DNA from: Candidatus Woesebacteria bacterium RIFCSPHIGHO2_01_FULL_44_10
GTDB taxonomy: Bacteria > Patescibacteriota > Microgenomatia > UBA8517
Reading direction: 5' to 3'
NCBI GenBank assembly: GCA_001792465.1
Contig: MGGO01000031.1
Location: forward strand, 1,172 to 65,171
Length of the DNA: 64,000 nt
Shown here piece after piece: positions 1 through 8,830 of this stretch. Made by a program: the position numbers and the translations under genes. The first letter of the stretch is position 1. Each line of letters starts with the position of its first letter. The notes under the pieces are model-generated. The model worked only from the letters and a program-made list of their open reading frames with translations. It did no database searches and was not told where the DNA came from.

Positions 1-588
1 ACCCAGGACGATAATATCAATCACTATCGGAACGGCCATGAAGGTTGCAATTTTCCTGAAGAGAGTGCTGTCGGGAACAAAGGAAAACCTAACACCAAGT
101 AAATAAAGGCCAACTGCAACAAGGGCCAAAACCAGAGCCACAATCCAAGCGTCTTTGACATCCTCGCGGCTTGAAAACATGGTATTGCCGATTTCAAAAA
201 CCCCGTAGCCGGCAGCCAACACTACCCAGAAATTTTTGAAAGCTTCATTTTTGATAAGTAAGCCAAATCCTAAAACAATAAGCACAATGCCCAAAATCAC
301 CGGGGCAACTCCAATAATGGTCCGACGAAAAGGATCAGCTTTGCCAATCGGCACACTCCCCAACTTCATTATTTTCCCCTCGCGTTCGGGGAAAAACTCA
401 GGCTGACCTACCGGAACAAATAAAATTAGAGCCGTTAAAAAATGAGCTATCTCATGGATAAATGTTCCGGGCAAAAATAAAACGGCAAAAAGGTAAGTTG
501 AAAGCATTCCCCCCAACTTCTTAGTCAGTTTTCGGGAAAGAAAATAAAGAACCAAAATCTCAAGTAAAAATAAAATCAGGTAAACCAT
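1..588 (-). CDS. Membrane zinc metallopeptidase-like protein (HEIAH motif). The 5' end (ATG at 588..586) is inside the window and the C-terminus runs off the window start, so the gene is partial.
   Basis: I translated the minus strand by hand. An open frame runs from ATG (588..586) to position 1. The protein is hydrophobic with multiple TM-like segments and an HExxH motif (FIHEIAHFL). Confidence 0.45.
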   Translation of the reverse strand, partial: MVYLILFLLEILVLYFLSRKLTKKLGGMLSTYLFAVLFLPGTFIHEIAHFLTALILFVPVGQPEFFPEREGKIMKLGSVPIGKADPFRRTIIGVAPVILGIVLIVLGFGLLIKNEAFKNFWVVLAAGYGVFEIGNTMFSSREDVKDAWIVALVLALVAVGLYLLGVRFSFVPDSTLFRKIATFMAVPIVIDIIVLG

Positions 589-591
589 TGT

Positions 592-981
592 CTAATTTGC
601 CGTTAGTTTTCTTAATTTTTGATCAAAAGTAAAAAGGCTGTATTCCTTTAGCCTTGACCGAGCAACCAGATAGCAATCGGTGAAACTGATTTTCTCCTGG
701 CTATAAATTTCAAGGCCCAACAAAAACGCTTCGCGATTCTCAACATCCAAGTAATCCGAGGATAAAATCATATCCAGCTTTTGGCCCACGGTTTTTTTGT
801 CCAATCCGTAATACTTCTCCAGCGAAAAAATAATTTCAAAAATAACAATGCTTGGCACAAATAATTTTATTTTCCGATTCTTCGCCTCTAAAAATAGAGA
901 CTTTACATCCTTGGTCTGCGGGGGAACATCCGCAAGCAGAAATCTTAAAAAAGCGTTCGTATCAACAAGGAAAGTTCTCAT
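592..981 (-). CDS. vapC: PIN-domain toxin (VapC-like)
   Basis: N-terminal 'FLVDTNAF' is a PIN signature. The size is about 129 aa. It overlaps the upstream antitoxin gene by 4 nt. Confidence 0.7.
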   Translation of the reverse strand: MRTFLVDTNAFLRFLLADVPPQTKDVKSLFLEAKNRKIKLFVPSIVIFEIIFSLEKYYGLDKKTVGQKLDMILSSDYLDVENREAFLLGLEIYSQEKISFTDCYLVARSRLKEYSLFTFDQKLRKLTAN

Positions 982-1214
982 AACCTGGCCAAATTTGCCT
1001 CAAATAACGCCCGCATTTTTTGAGCGGAGAGCGATTTTTTTTTGGTTTTGAGGCTTCCTTCCAACTCAAGAACGTCTTTAATCGGCTTGATCGTCAGCTG
1101 ATCGCCATCAATTCTGACTAAGGCGCGTCCCCTTTTTTTAAGGCCCAAAAAGCGCCGTGCCGCCACGGGAATACTTATCTGCCCCTGAGAAGTAATAGAA
1201 ACAGTGTACACCAT
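978..1214 (-). CDS. vapB: AbrB/MazE/SpoVT-type antitoxin (VapB-like)
   Basis: 78 aa. 'VYTVSITSQGQISIPVAARRFLGLKKG' is a swapped-hairpin AbrB-like motif. It is translationally coupled to the PIN gene. Confidence 0.6.
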   Translation of the reverse strand: MVYTVSITSQGQISIPVAARRFLGLKKRGRALVRIDGDQLTIKPIKDVLELEGSLKTKKKSLSAQKMRALFEANLARL

Positions 1215-1255
1215 ACATTAAATTTATCATTACTCATTATATTTGTCAATATGTA

Positions 1256-1981
1256 TTAAACTATTAAAAGTTTAATACCAACCAGAAGAAGAAAAATTGC
1301 TACAATTTTGCGAAATAATTTCTGCGGGATTTTGGTCACGACTTTCTCAGCAATTACTGCCCCCAGAAATGACGCGGGAATAAAAACCAAAAGCCCCAGG
1401 GTAAGCGCTCTGGGCAAGCCAATCCCACCGGCTGCGTAGCGGGTCAGCCGAGTTAAATCAACCAAAATGCCAATTGCGCCAGAGGTGGCAATATAGACGA
1501 CTTTGTCTAAGTTAAAAGCCGCCAGAAACGCTCCCCGCACCGGCCCACCCACACCAAAAATCCCTGCCAAAAACCCAGATAATGCTCCACCGGTTAGGCT
1601 ACTGCCTACATTTTGCGGTAGCTTGAATTTGTGGTTGACAAAAATGAAAACAGGATATGCTGCTAACACTGCTCCCAAAATCCGTGAAAGCGTGGCCTGT
1701 GGGACTGCAAAAACAAGTGAGGCGCCAGCAAGACTAGCTACTACTCCCGGGATGCCAAAAAGTAAAATCAGCCGCCATTTAATACCCTTTTTAAAAAGCA
1801 CTACTTTCCAAATGTCTCCAAAAAAGTGAATTATGCCCACCAGAAGCAAAGTAACCGGCAGAGGATAAAAAAGGGTTAGGACAGGAACCATAACAGTTGA
1901 AGTTCCAAACCCTGTCACAGTTCCCACTGCCGCAGCTACCACCGTCAAGCCCCCAATGAGTAAAATTTCCACTGGTTTCAT
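1256..1981 (-). CDS. TauE/SafE family (DUF81) sulfite/anion exporter-like membrane protein
   Basis: 241 aa, polytopic and Gly-rich in TM helices. It shows the two-fold repeat typical of TauE/SafE. Confidence 0.55.
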   Translation of the reverse strand: MKPVEILLIGGLTVVAAAVGTVTGFGTSTVMVPVLTLFYPLPVTLLLVGIIHFFGDIWKVVLFKKGIKWRLILLFGIPGVVASLAGASLVFAVPQATLSRILGAVLAAYPVFIFVNHKFKLPQNVGSSLTGGALSGFLAGIFGVGGPVRGAFLAAFNLDKVVYIATSGAIGILVDLTRLTRYAAGGIGLPRALTLGLLVFIPASFLGAVIAEKVVTKIPQKLFRKIVAIFLLLVGIKLLIV

Positions 1982-2000
1982 TATATAATGAATACCTATT

Positions 2001-2618
2001 ATGGCAGGAAAGAAAACAAAAGAAGTTATTTTTGACGTCGAGACTCAGAAGTGGTTTGATGAGATCGATTCGGAAAACCATGCTGATCTGGGGGTTTCAA
2101 TTGTTTCCGTCTACTCACGGCAACTTGACGGGGATTTCACCGAAAGTCAGGGGCAAATGCAGAGTTTTTGGGAAGATGAGATCACCCAAATGTGGCCACT
2201 TTTCCAAGAAGCAGATCGGGTCATTGGTTTTAATTCAATCGGCTTTGACGTCCCGGTTTTAATCCCATATGCTGCCTTTCCCCTCACCAAACTCCCCCAT
2301 TTTGACATCATGGCCAAAGTCAAAGAAGTTCTTGGGCACCGCTTAAGTCTTGACGCCATTGCCAAAGAAACCCTGAAAAGACAAAAAACAGAAACCGGCG
2401 CAATGGGAGTTGAGCTTTGGAAAAGGGGTGACAAAGAGTCGCTGGCCCGTTTGCAGCGTTATTGTGAAGCAGATGTCGCCATTACCCGGGATATTTATGA
2501 CATTGGTTTAAAAGAAAAACAACTCAAATACAAAGATAAATGGAACAGTCTCCGCACCTTTGAAGTTGATTTCTCCTACCCAGCCCCCGACCCGGTAAGC
2601 CAAGCGGGATTATTCTAA
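2001..2618 (+). CDS. DEDD-family 3'-5' exonuclease (DnaQ/RNase T-like)
   Basis: Exo I motif 'VIFDVETQ'. The C-terminal 'YCEADVAITRDIY' is an Exo III-like motif with a YxxxD core. Confidence 0.6.
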   Translation: MAGKKTKEVIFDVETQKWFDEIDSENHADLGVSIVSVYSRQLDGDFTESQGQMQSFWEDEITQMWPLFQEADRVIGFNSIGFDVPVLIPYAAFPLTKLPHFDIMAKVKEVLGHRLSLDAIAKETLKRQKTETGAMGVELWKRGDKESLARLQRYCEADVAITRDIYDIGLKEKQLKYKDKWNSLRTFEVDFSYPAPDPVSQAGLF

Positions 2619-2636
2619 TCCAGCTCGATTTTTGGT

Positions 2637-3062
2637 ATGACCCACTTTCCTGTATCGTCTAGATGGTACAATTGGGATATGCCCAAACCTAGCCCTTTTA
2701 AAGTACGTCCCAACCTCTTACCAAAATCCGATCCCAGATATAAAAAATGGAGAGAAAGCTTAAAGAAAAGGCCACCTCCGTGGGACGCTGGACACACAAA
2801 AGAAACACATCCGGGCCTAAAGAAAATCTCTGAGGCAAGAAAAAGGATTGACAACTTTGCCAAGTGGAGGCAACATGCTAGAGAAAATGGTTTAATTCCT
2901 GCATCATATCCGCCATTCGAAAAAACCAAAGATCTAGCAACTTTGATAGATTTGACTTTGGGTGATGGACACATCAATAAATTTCCCCGCACAGAAAAAC
3001 TATTCATCTACTCACGTATACTTACAACTTCGCCTTTTCAAACAGAAACGAGAAATTATTAA
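2637..3062 (+). CDS. Hypothetical protein
   Basis: ORF of 141 aa, basic and K/R-rich. No family recognised. Confidence 0.3.
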   Translation: MTHFPVSSRWYNWDMPKPSPFKVRPNLLPKSDPRYKKWRESLKKRPPPWDAGHTKETHPGLKKISEARKRIDNFAKWRQHARENGLIPASYPPFEKTKDLATLIDLTLGDGHINKFPRTEKLFIYSRILTTSPFQTETRNY

Positions 3063-3186
3063 AAGACGTCGAATTGGCATTAAAAAGACTTGATTTTCAT
3101 CCAGAAGTGCGAGCCTACGCAATTCGACTCAGGAAGAAAAATGAGGTAAAATACTTCAAGGAATTGATAAAATTCCGAGATTACAT

Positions 3187-3262
3187 TGCGGGGTAGTCTA
3201 ATGGTAGTTGACGTCGCTCTCTGGAAGCGAAGATCCAGGTTCAAGTCCTGGCCCCGCAGCCA
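3187..3262 (+). tRNA. tRNA-Gln (anticodon CTG), with encoded CCA
   Basis: I folded the sequence by hand. The acceptor stem is TGCGGGG/CCCCGCA. The anticodon stem is TCGCT/AGCGA with loop CTCTGGA, giving anticodon CUG. The T-stem is CCAGG/CCTGG with loop TTCAAGT. The discriminator is G, followed by CCA. Confidence 0.8.
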
Positions 3263-3502
3263 AGACGGGCACCCCAGTGACCGTGATGCCTAGAATAGCT
3301 CGAAAACACCTTCAAAAACCCCAGTCTTTATTCAAGACATTCGTACCACACGCTTGTTGTTCGGACAAATGCCTTGAAAGGGGCCTTTTTGAGTCGTTAT
3401 GTTGATAGTTTAAAGTAGTGTATTACTCTGGAGTTTGAACCTAGTGTTCTGCGATAGCTTTGCCCGGTCAGTCGGGAATAGTACCGAATAATCCCATAAT
3501 AC

Positions 3503-4816
3503 TCAGTGTGCCCGTAGCGAGGTAACATTTCTATTTTGGATAAATAGTGGAAAGTCAAAGAGGTTAAATAATTCTCGTTTTTCTTCAGTGTTTTTGTTTG
3601 TGAGAACATATCTGGCATAATCTCTGATATCCCAAACCCTTGAATTTGGATTAATGTCCTGTTGGAGGAATATTGCTTCTCTCATGTTTTTAAATTCCTC
3701 TAAACCCTCTTGGATTTTGTCTGTGAGTATCAGTTCGTGCCGGTGGGCAATGTACATGAAGTTGATAAGTTTAAGTAAACTTTTCGCTAATTTTTCTTCT
3801 GACACATAAGGCTCTTTGCAATCGTGATCCACTTGGCGTGAGCAATGATAATAAATATGATATCTTGGTTCACCGACCAATCTTTGTCGGTATCTGTCTT
3901 CTCCAACAATACTTGCTTTGCAATTTGCACATTTTAAGAGCCCTTTATAGGTAAAGTTTTTAGATCCCCACTTGGACTTAGCAGGAACTGTTAGTTTTTC
4001 CTGAACTTCATCGTATAACTGCTTCGTAATTAGAGGAGGGTATGCCCCTTTGTACCAATTTCCACTTTTAATGGGGAATTCAAATTCTCCGTAGTAAAAT
4101 GGATTTTTAAGCATCAAATAAATTTGACTTAAGGTAACTTTCTTTCCTGATTTATTAGTGAAATTTATCTCATCTAGCCATTTTTTAATTTTTCTCCCAC
4201 TTGCTTTTTCATCAATAACTTTTGTGAACATTTGGGCAACAACTGCCCCTCTTTCTGGATCAATAATTACGTCTTTGATGCCATTAAAAGATCTATTCAT
4301 ATAACCAATTGGCGTTGGTCCTGGTCGAAATCCCATTTCGCATTTTGCTCTAATTCCGCGTTTAACATTTATTCCTTTTTGGTCATTTTCCAGTTTTGCC
4401 TGACTACAAAGGATCATGAGTAAAAACTTTTCATTGGGATTATTTGAAAAAGTTTGGGAAAAGGTTCTAATTTTTAATAGTTTTCCTTGATCCATCAGGT
4501 CGACTAACATACCAAGATCTCCAGCGTTTCTACTTAGCCTATCAGGAGCCCAAGTTAAAATCCCGTCAAATCTTTTCTCTCTGATGTCATTTAGCAACTT
4601 CATGAACATTGGCCTTTGCCCTGAGTCTTTTGCAGAATGGCTTTCTTGCAAAACCTCTGCAACTTTCAGATTTTCTTTAACTGCAAGTGCCTGCATTTCT
4701 TTTAATTGGCTGTCTATGCTCATTATTTGCCGCTCATCACTTTCCGAAGATTTTCGGGCATACAAGCAGTATTTTATTTCCGGGGTACTATCCATTCTAG
4801 GGAGGGAGAGTACCAC
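3503..4816 (-). CDS. Large serine recombinase (integrase)
   Basis: The N-terminal resolvase catalytic region is 'YCLYARKSS..SIDSQ'. A recombinase domain and a Cys-rich zinc-ribbon region ('CANCKAS','YYHCSRQ') follow, for a total of 437 aa. The gene lies about 240 bp from tRNA-Gln. Confidence 0.75.
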   Translation of the reverse strand: MVLSLPRMDSTPEIKYCLYARKSSESDERQIMSIDSQLKEMQALAVKENLKVAEVLQESHSAKDSGQRPMFMKLLNDIREKRFDGILTWAPDRLSRNAGDLGMLVDLMDQGKLLKIRTFSQTFSNNPNEKFLLMILCSQAKLENDQKGINVKRGIRAKCEMGFRPGPTPIGYMNRSFNGIKDVIIDPERGAVVAQMFTKVIDEKASGRKIKKWLDEINFTNKSGKKVTLSQIYLMLKNPFYYGEFEFPIKSGNWYKGAYPPLITKQLYDEVQEKLTVPAKSKWGSKNFTYKGLLKCANCKASIVGEDRYRQRLVGEPRYHIYYHCSRQVDHDCKEPYVSEEKLAKSLLKLINFMYIAHRHELILTDKIQEGLEEFKNMREAIFLQQDINPNSRVWDIRDYARYVLTNKNTEEKRELFNLFDFPLFIQNRNVTSLRAH

Positions 4817-4831
4817 AAAGGTGGGGGAAGT

Positions 4832-6319
4832 CTAGCCGAAGTATCCGCGGTTCATCATTTCTGTAATACTTAGGCCTCGGTTGGGTGGTGGTCCATAGTC
4901 GGCAATATATATCTGCGGATCTACATGCGTATCCGAAATCAGATGTAAAATTAGTATAGAGAAAGCATCTGCTAAATCATCATGCTTTTCAATTCCAAAC
5001 CCAACAAGTTGCTCAATCAGTCTTTCTGCCCCTTTTCTTGGAAATAAAATCTTGCCTGTTCTTATCATGTGTGTTGTTAAAGAAAGTCGCGCTCTTTTAT
5101 CGCTTCCTTTTAATTTAACTCCCTCAGCTGGTATCTCTTTTTGTTCCAGTTGCTGAGTGAAAGCTGACTGGTATGCAACCTCTTCAATAAGCAGCTTAGT
5201 TGGAGTTCCCTCTCCTAGTGCTTTTGATAAGTTTTTAGCCTCCTCAATCGCATCAGGGAAAGATAGACGTTTGTTTATAGGATTAGGAAGGATATAAATC
5301 TTTCTTTCTTCAGAATAGTCATAAACGCTGGCAGATACCATGGCTGTATAGTCGGCTGTATCTTTTTCAGATATTGCAAGGTCAACTCCGGTCAATGTGT
5401 ACATAAATTCGTTTCCCGTAGGTGGTCCATCGTAATATTGTATCCACTCAGGATGAACAATCCTGTCTTCGTCAGATATTATTGTCAGTAAGAACTCTCG
5501 CGACCATGAGGATTCACTTGCCACTTTTAACTTTTGTTCTTTTACTGTCTTTTCATCTGGAAATTTTCCCGGCCAAATAATTTTATCGTCTTTAATCAAA
5601 GGATATTCTTTATAAGTTCCACTTAGCTTGTTTTTAATAATTTGATTTTTAAGCCTCATCATCAACGAGTCTTCGTGCAACAAATTGCCAATAATTACAT
5701 ATTTAGAGTTGGGGTTCCCGGCTGGGATAACATCTCCAGTTAACCATTCATAAGATTTGTTTCGTCCCTCTCTGGTTTTTACTGAATTTAGATCTTCCAC
5801 ATCATCGCAAATTATCAAGTCCGGCCTGTTTTGTAAGTGCCGAAGCCCTCTGATGCTCTCACCGCTTGATATCGCCGTTATTCTGGTATTATATTTTGAA
5901 AGGACTAAAGAGTTTGCCCGCCATTCGTCATCATCTTGTCCAAATGGCCCAAAGTCAGACATGAGTGTCGTGTTTGTTTCAAACTCTTTCTTGATGTTAG
6001 ATAGTATCAACCGTGATTGTTGCTGGGTTTGACTGATGAGAATTATGAATTTTTTGTTTAAATTACCAACCATCGCCCAGATGGGGTATGAGAGTGTCAT
6101 TATTGTTGATTTTGCCGAGCCTCTAAATGCAACAATTACTACAAACTTCTCGCTCTCGTTTTGAGTTAAACCAAAAATCTCTTTTTGGAAATCTGCAGTC
6201 TTGAATTCCACATAATGAGGGAAGTAGGTATTGAAAAACCAGAAATGGCTACGTTTTGTAAGGTGTATGCGAAATGACCTGTCCTGGATAAGCTTTTCAT
6301 GAATTTTGTGATCTTCCAT
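4832..6319 (-). CDS. Phage terminase large subunit-like ATPase/nuclease
   Basis: Walker A-like 'AFRGSAKST' and Walker B 'LIICDDVED'. A C-terminal acidic nuclease-like region is present. The size is 495 aa. Confidence 0.55.
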   Translation of the reverse strand: MEDHKIHEKLIQDRSFRIHLTKRSHFWFFNTYFPHYVEFKTADFQKEIFGLTQNESEKFVVIVAFRGSAKSTIMTLSYPIWAMVGNLNKKFIILISQTQQQSRLILSNIKKEFETNTTLMSDFGPFGQDDDEWRANSLVLSKYNTRITAISSGESIRGLRHLQNRPDLIICDDVEDLNSVKTREGRNKSYEWLTGDVIPAGNPNSKYVIIGNLLHEDSLMMRLKNQIIKNKLSGTYKEYPLIKDDKIIWPGKFPDEKTVKEQKLKVASESSWSREFLLTIISDEDRIVHPEWIQYYDGPPTGNEFMYTLTGVDLAISEKDTADYTAMVSASVYDYSEERKIYILPNPINKRLSFPDAIEEAKNLSKALGEGTPTKLLIEEVAYQSAFTQQLEQKEIPAEGVKLKGSDKRARLSLTTHMIRTGKILFPRKGAERLIEQLVGFGIEKHDDLADAFSILILHLISDTHVDPQIYIADYGPPPNRGLSITEMMNRGYFG

Positions 6320-6773
6320 TTTCTTCCTCCTTTCCAGCGTCTGGAATAAGTGACGCCAGCTCCAGCGCTCTTCTCACCACCTCCTCCTGATCAGGTTCAA
6401 GTTTTTCAATTTGTTTATTGGGAGTTGTTATCTCAACTCTGGTTGCATATGTTTTGTGATGGTGTTTAAGCCAGAAAATAATTGCCGTCATGTTTTGCTC
6501 TTTTATTGCGGAAAGCAATTGCGATTCTGCAATGTCGTTAACAAACGAAGATCCTTCTTCCAAAGCCTCATCCGCAGCCTTTGAGAAAGCCTCATCTTCT
6601 TTTTTCCAGCGATAATATGTCGCTCTGCTCACCCCAGTTTTTTGGCAAGCAACCTGTACAACTGGCGTCTTTTTAAATTCCTCTATCAAAGCAACCCTTT
6701 TGTTGTGTTGTCTTTTTAGTATTGAGCTACTCATGATATTTTCTTTGTTTCCTTCCCTGCGAGCTTCTCCCAA
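6297..6773 (-). CDS. HTH protein, terminase small subunit-like
   Basis: HTH 'KTGVSRATYYRWKK'. It is co-oriented with and overlaps the TerL-like gene. Confidence 0.4.
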   Translation of the reverse strand: MGEARREGNKENIMSSSILKRQHNKRVALIEEFKKTPVVQVACQKTGVSRATYYRWKKEDEAFSKAADEALEEGSSFVNDIAESQLLSAIKEQNMTAIIFWLKHHHKTYATRVEITTPNKQIEKLEPDQEEVVRRALELASLIPDAGKEEENGRSQNS

Positions 6774-8080
6774 CGTTTCTTAATTACCTCTGCATATACA
6801 GGGGACTTTTCCATTAGGTAACATTTTCTTTTCATTTTCGTGGCTGCAATTAAAGTAGAACCACTTCCACCGAAGGGCTCGATTATAAGATCGCCACGCT
6901 TAGTTAAAACTTTTATATACGGAGTTAATATTTCAATAGGCTTTGTCCCAAAGATTATTCCCTGGCCGGAGGATTTTTCATCGGATGCTTTATATTCGAT
7001 AAAATCAGTTGGGCAATACTTTTTGCCTTTCTCGTAACTTTCCCAGTTTGGTTTTCCTGAAGTGGCAAAAATGGCAGTTTCATACTCCTCTTGAAGTAGA
7101 GGCTCCTCCTCTGGAGTCATATTTAAGGATACCTTTCCTGAGGTTCCAACCATTGCAAAGTCGTACTTGTTAAAAAACTTATACTTTGCAGCAAACCCCT
7201 GCATTCTATTGGGTAAATGCCAGATTATTGTATTTCTGTATTTCCAGTGTTTTTCTAGTTCATTCCAAATAGTTCTTAAATTTTTCGGGTTTTCATAGAT
7301 GATAATTGAGAAATCAGCTTTCTGAATCTTAGCAATGTTATTCATCCACAACTGCGTAAAGTCCGGAGGTAATACATCTGTTTCCAAATATCTCCTGTCT
7401 CTTTTGGCTCCGAAGCCAGTAATTGCTCCTTTATATTTTTTCTTTCCCCGCAGATAGTCCAGGATATATGGAGGGTCAGTAAAGCACATATCAGCCTTCT
7501 CACCATCCATTAACTTGAGCACATCTGCTTCAACAGTTGAATCACCACACATAAGCCTCGAGTCTCCTAATGCATAAACATTCCCCTTTTGGATTTTTAT
7601 TTCCTTGATGTCCAGTTTTTGAAGCTCTTTTTCCAAATCAAATTGCTCAGGCGTAATATCAATTTCAAAAATATCGTCCAGCTCTTCAGAGGTAAAGCCA
7701 ATTTCCGATAAAATGTTCTCATCGAAATCGGCCAGTAATTTCCAATCCCAATCTCCAAGATTTTTATTTAGCCTGAGGTTTAGCTCTTTTTCTTTACTCT
7801 CATCTGGAATATTTAGATAGACTACGGGGATCTTTTTAAAGCCTAAGTCCCTTGCAACTTTAAGTCTAAAGTGCCCGCCAATTACAATGTTCTTTCTTTT
7901 CTCTGCTCCATTTACAATTATCGGGTCAACCAGGCCAAATTCTCCAATGCTTTCTTTTAAGCCATGAATTGCCTCCTCAGACCATTTTCTGGGGTTGTAA
8001 GTTGCAGGTTTTAATTCGTTTATATCAACCTGAACGATGTTGAGCTGGTTGGATACAGTTTCCATAAGTATCTGAAGCAT
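6731..8080 (-). CDS. ParB-like nuclease domain fused to beta-class DNA N6-adenine/N4-cytosine methyltransferase
   Basis: N-terminal ParB/Srx-like motif. The MTase motifs are 'FTDPPY' (motif IV) upstream of 'EPFGGSGST' (motif I), which is the beta-class order. Confidence 0.7.
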   Translation of the reverse strand: MLQILMETVSNQLNIVQVDINELKPATYNPRKWSEEAIHGLKESIGEFGLVDPIIVNGAEKRKNIVIGGHFRLKVARDLGFKKIPVVYLNIPDESKEKELNLRLNKNLGDWDWKLLADFDENILSEIGFTSEELDDIFEIDITPEQFDLEKELQKLDIKEIKIQKGNVYALGDSRLMCGDSTVEADVLKLMDGEKADMCFTDPPYILDYLRGKKKYKGAITGFGAKRDRRYLETDVLPPDFTQLWMNNIAKIQKADFSIIIYENPKNLRTIWNELEKHWKYRNTIIWHLPNRMQGFAAKYKFFNKYDFAMVGTSGKVSLNMTPEEEPLLQEEYETAIFATSGKPNWESYEKGKKYCPTDFIEYKASDEKSSGQGIIFGTKPIEILTPYIKVLTKRGDLIIEPFGGSGSTLIAATKMKRKCYLMEKSPVYAEVIKKRWEKLAGKETKKIS

Positions 8081-8137
8081 AAAACACTATAAAATCAGAA
8101 GAAACGATAAAATTGGAGGAAAAAAGGAGGAAATTTG

Positions 8138-8761
8138 TTAATTCATAAGTTTCCGAGCATACAGCAATCTATGACCATGCTTTCGTACTCTGCGTATCCC
8201 AACTTCAATACCTGCACGCCGCAAATATTTTTTTAAATCCCTTCTTATGTATCCAATCCCCTTTGATTCATCGGTAACATCTATCTTGTCCAGGAATTCT
8301 TTATCACTCACATAGTTATTTTTATAAGTTAATAACATCCTCAAGAATCTGCCGTGCTTAGACCCTGTGGTAATAATGCTAATTGGTTGATTGTTAAAAA
8401 GAAAAATACCCTCAAATGTAATAATCATATTGAATACTCCTTCATTTTCTTTAACTATCTCAACTTCCTGAATATTGGCAACAGGTTCAAACTGTAGGGC
8501 AAATGGATTCAACGCATATTGGAAACGTCGTGCCATGTGTGCCTGTGTTTCTTGAATGCTTCTTAATAACTCTGCAAAAGGAAAATTTAAAGCCGCTGAA
8601 ACAACCTCGTTATAGTGTTTAACCATATTTATATGCGCCAACCTGATTTCTTCTACTTGTTTTGCCAAGGCCATAGTGAGAGTCAATGCCTGATTTGGGT
8701 AAAAACTTAAGATGTCCGTTCTTTCTTCCATATCTAATTTTATCAGGCTATGCAAGTACAA
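8138..8761 (-). CDS. Hypothetical protein
   Basis: ORF of 207 aa with no recognisable motif. Confidence 0.3.
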   Translation of the reverse strand: MYLHSLIKLDMEERTDILSFYPNQALTLTMALAKQVEEIRLAHINMVKHYNEVVSAALNFPFAELLRSIQETQAHMARRFQYALNPFALQFEPVANIQEVEIVKENEGVFNMIITFEGIFLFNNQPISIITTGSKHGRFLRMLLTYKNNYVSDKEFLDKIDVTDESKGIGYIRRDLKKYLRRAGIEVGIRRVRKHGHRLLYARKLMN

Positions 8762-8830
8762 CTACTGCTCGAAGCGCCGAAAGTGGTAAAATTCATGTAA
8801 GTTTAAACTCTTGGACGTTGGAACTAAATA

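Noticed and set aside
1503-2434. Several antisense and overlapping ORFs (1503..1829, 1791..2081, 2032..2262, 2147..2434 and others in the table)
   Set aside because: These lie within or antisense to better-supported genes (TauE-like, exonuclease). They are compositionally odd, rich in P, R and S, and have no motifs.
3263-8761. Complete prophage
   Set aside because: Only the integrase, terminase and ParB-MTase genes are present. There are no capsid, portal, tail or lysis genes in the window, so the region is better described as an integrative element or remnant.
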